Source of the DNA: Spizellomyces punctatus DAOM BR117
Taxonomy: Eukaryota
DNA length: 64,000 nt
Direction: 5' to 3' (one strand)
NCBI GenBank assembly: GCA_000182565.2
Contig: KQ257458.1
The notes under the pieces were generated by a model that worked only from the letters and a program-made list of their open reading frames with translations, was not told where the DNA came from and made no database searches. The position numbers were made by a program, and so were the translations under genes. This document shows, piece after piece, positions 60,601-64,000 of the stretch (positions are counted from its first letter, which is position 1; every line of letters begins with the position of its first letter).

Positions 60601-63600
60601 CAAATCGGGCTCCGGTGGCTGTGATTGTAGGGGCCACCACCGTGTCGAGCATGGATGGTGAATTGAGCTTTTCAGTGCCTTTCTTTGGGTCAGCGCGACC
60701 CTTTTTAAGGTCTTGGTATTCGCGAACGCCCTCTTGGATAGCATCTTGCAGGGGTCGGACGAGTTCCACGTAGCGAGGGATGAATTGGGCATAGAACCCT
60801 AGGAGACCCACAAAGGACCATAGGTCACCTATGAATTTGGGTCATGGCCAATTGACTATGGTTGCAACCTTGTCTGGATCGGTAGCGAGACCCTGGGAGG
60901 AGGCAACGAAACTGAGAGCCGTGAGCTGGTGAAAGAGCCATTGACACTTGTCGAGTCTTAGGGTGAGTTTGGCTCTGGAACAGCGGTCGAGCCAGTCCGC
61001 GATGGCGTCTAGGGCTTCCGCGGCTGTCTCCGCTCGTGTATGGATATCGTCAACGAAGTTGTTGATATTTTGCCATTTGGAGGGACCCAAGGTGTCGTCC
61101 ATTACCCGACAGAAGTGCGAAGGGGCAGTCTTGGGTCTGAAGGGCATAAAGAGTGGTTCATAGATGCCGTCATGGAGTCTGATCGTGAGCCATTTGCGTA
61201 CCAATGCATCAGTGATGGCGATTTGGTAGAATCCTTTGTTTGTGTCACCTCCCAATATGTATCGGAATGGGACTGCGATGATCCAGTTCAGGATGTCGAG
61301 CATGATGGGAAAGGGATATGGGTCCCAGGCCATGCAGTCATTGGCTCGGCGATAGTCGAAGGCTACCTGCGGGGGTTTGTCTGCATAGCGAATGATAACA
61401 GGATTGCTGGTGAAGGTTACTTCGGTGGTTCGTTTCCACCTCTGAAGCCCCATCATGGTGTCTCACTCCGTCTCGAGGGCTGTCCGCTCCAATGGAGAGT
61501 ACAACCATGGCCTCGAAAGGGGTGGCAGAGCTGAGATAAATTGAGGTGCATAAGGAATCTTGGTGTAGTTCCCTATGAGATGACCCTCATAGCTGAAGGC
61601 TTGATGGAAGTGTCGTAGAATGTTGATTAGGGCCCAGACCACGGGTTTGGGTTGCTTGAGATCGACGTGGAAATGTTCCGCGTCTTTTAATTGGGCTTCA
61701 AAGGCCCCTGGAGCCTTCTCCGTAGAGTCGAGGTTCCATTTGTTCCAAAGTGTCTGCCATTCTTCTTTGGAAATGTTCTCTTTGGGGTCCGCAACCGAAT
61801 TATGGGTTGCAGTGGACAGTTTGAGGCCTAACGGGGCCATTGAGCTAGCTGCGGTGGCCTCAAGAGGGTTTTCGATGAGAAAAGTTTGGGCTGCCACATG
61901 CATCTGTCCCGTGATTAACATGGTTAATTTAGACTTCTGAGCTTTGGCTTTGGTCAGCCGTGGCATTGACACATCCTTCATGAATTCGCCCTGCTTGGTC
62001 TTGTATGGCGTGCCGCGCATGTGATTGGTGTCCAGCTCATCCGTTATGGAGCAAGGGATAAGGATGTCCAGATTCTTGAGCGTCACCGCAAAACTGGGTA
62101 ACGGGGGTTCCTGAACCAAGGTTTGGAGTTTCAAATGTCCCAGAATGTCATTGGCTAGGATGATGAGAGGTTTCCCGTATGCAATGACTCGGAAATAGGT
62201 GTGGAAAGTCAGGTATTCTCCTCCGTGGCCTTTGAGGGAAGTTTCGAGGCATACTGTCTTGGTAGATGAGATACGTCCACCAATGCCATTGAAAGCCATC
62301 GTTTCCGCATCCTGCAAATCGGTTTCGGAGAACAGAAGGCCCTGGTATGTGTCGGAAACCAGAGACTTGCAGGCTCCTGTGTCTAGTACCACAGGTGCCC
62401 AGAGCTGAGTGATGACGGCTAGCATCCAGCAAGGCTGCGTTTGGGTCTTGGTCTGGCTTTTGAGTACATCGCCTAAATCTACCGAGTAGAAGGCGTTGAT
62501 GGAAGGCACCGCGACCTCGAAATGGGGCGCGATGTCGTTACTTGTTGCTTCCGTAGCCTTGATCGCACTCTCAAAGTGCTCTCTAGATTTGTCATTTTGT
62601 GGTTTTGTTGTTTTATTCTGGCGAGCAACTTGTTCGATAGCCAGCATGACTATACACGTCCGTTCGCTCTCTTTGTGTCTTTGGAGACGTGGATGGTCTT
62701 TAACGTGCAGAAATTTGGGGTTTCCGCGACAATAATAATAGTCTGAGCAAACGATATTGCCTGTCAGGAGAAATGCCACCAGTTGCAGGTTGGCGTAAGA
62801 ATCAAAGATAACAGGATCTTCAGAGCTCCACATCAAGAATTTCTCGCGCTCATCGAGCCTTATCCAGGCAAGGAGGATCAAACGAGGGGTACCATCTTCT
62901 CGGACTTTTCGCAGGATTCGATCCTTGTCAGCTTCAGCTGAGGCAGCAATGTAGAGGTGGTGGGAACTCCACGTGACTGTGTAGGGGTCGTTCCCGAGGT
63001 GCCCAGCGCCTCGCTTTGGTTCTTTGGCGAAGAAGCTGAGCATGCGGGGGTTGTCGCCCATCATCAGAGCCACTTGTGGGGTGCCCCAGATGATGGCTAT
63101 GTTGTCCCAGACTCGGTCCCAGCCCTGCGTGGGCATGTGGGGGTCCTCTTCCTTGGTCACTGTGACCTTGGAAAGAGGTGCGGTCATCAAAATTGTTGAT
63201 TCCGAGTGCTCGGGTGAATGAAATAATCCGATGGTGTGGAATCCTTGATTAGCGGCAGCTGTCCTTTCCAGTTCTGAAGCCGAAAAAAGAGTCTCGGTGG
63301 TAGCAGACGTTGAGTCCAGCTCCACTATGTATGACTTCTTGGACTCCTGTTTGGGTTTCCAACCTGCGGGCATGGGTGCTCCGTATGGTCCCTTCTTTCC
63401 ATCTTCAGGATCTTTTCGGTTCGGGTTCTGCCAGCAGAAAACATTCCAATGCTTTTTCTGACAGAATTTGCAGGGTGCCGGTGGTTCCTTGTTGGGGTCC
63501 GGAACCATCTTCTGAGGGCCGTTGCGACCCTTTTCGGGGTTTCCGGTTTTATGTTGAGCCGTCTGCTTAGAGCCTTTGTTGGTTCCGGTCTTTTGTGACT

Positions 63601-63889
63601 TCTTCTGAGCTTCTGCAGCACCGCTGTAGCAAGGGTCTCGCTTTCTGGTGTCATCAGAGCCAAAATAAAGGCGCAGGAAGTCTTTTAATTTGGTCAGGTT
63701 CGTGACGTTACAGGATTTGACCATGATTTGGATGTCGCTGGGCAATTGTTCGACTATTAGGTCGAAATGCTGGTCAGCGGGACATTCTATGTTTGCCCGG
63801 TCGCCATAAGCGAGGCGCCGGAGATGAGTTTTGTGGTCGATGAACGCGAGAAAGCTGCGAAATTCTTTGGGGTTCTCATGGCAGCACAC
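57647..63889 (-). pseudogene. gag-pol polyprotein, single reading frame broken by in-frame TGA stops
   Basis: Zn knuckle CKFCQKKHWNVFC, protease VLDTGA, RT DYR / GFYQI / MPF / FVDD, RNase H SDAS / ELE, integrase H...GHFG..C..CQ, TDF, HPQGDGQSER, GPY/F-like WLGP, chromodomain EFEVEVIVDH...W.GY....TWEPE. Confidence 0.92.
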
Positions 63890-64000
63890 ATATTCAGTTT
63901 TGCGCTTGGACTTGGTTAGGGGATCTCGGAACTCTCAAAGCAGTTCTTCTTTCCACCTTTTCCAGGTCCATGAGCGAGTTTCCTGGGCTTCCAGAGTGTA

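Larger units (their letters stand above)
56524..64000 (-). mobile_element. Ty3/Gypsy chromovirus-type LTR retrotransposon, decayed; 5' end lies outside the window
   Basis: Domain order gag-PR-RT-RH-IN-chromodomain, followed by PPT and 3' LTR. Confidence 0.95.

Noticed and set aside
61463-61465. TGA between the protease and RT regions as programmed read-through
   Set aside because: One of many in-frame TGAs scattered through RT, RNase H and integrase; better explained by CGA-to-TGA decay

Overview
Eukaryotic, intron-rich fungal DNA (short GT-AG introns of about 55-190 nt, TATA boxes). A flagellar STPG1-like gene points to a zoosporic fungus, and a near-match to the Fanzor protein SpuFz1, as I recall its sequence, suggests Spizellomyces punctatus or a close chytrid relative. 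Bases 1-55,000 hold about 23 host genes, several visible only after manual splicing: small HSP, C2H2 transcription factor, GPC1, PA-RING E3 ligase, STPG1-like, ENA-type P-ATPase, SWR1, GPI-anchored AA5 copper radical oxidase, galactokinase, Aur1/Ipt1-like PAP2 protein, GST, PanE, mucin-like GPI protein, thioesterase, a membrane-anchored bacterial-type sugar-binding protein, an 8-exon ComA/HSA32 homologue and a 7TM-RGS receptor. The last 9 kb is a nested mobile-element locus. It contains a decayed Fanzor1 (eukaryotic TnpB-derived RNA-guided RuvC nuclease) with a candidate omegaRNA at its right end, interrupted at 56,523/56,524 by a chromodomain Ty3/Gypsy retrotransposon (600-bp LTR, PPT). Both elements are riddled with CpG-type transitions. 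All identifications come from motif recognition and memory; no searches were run.
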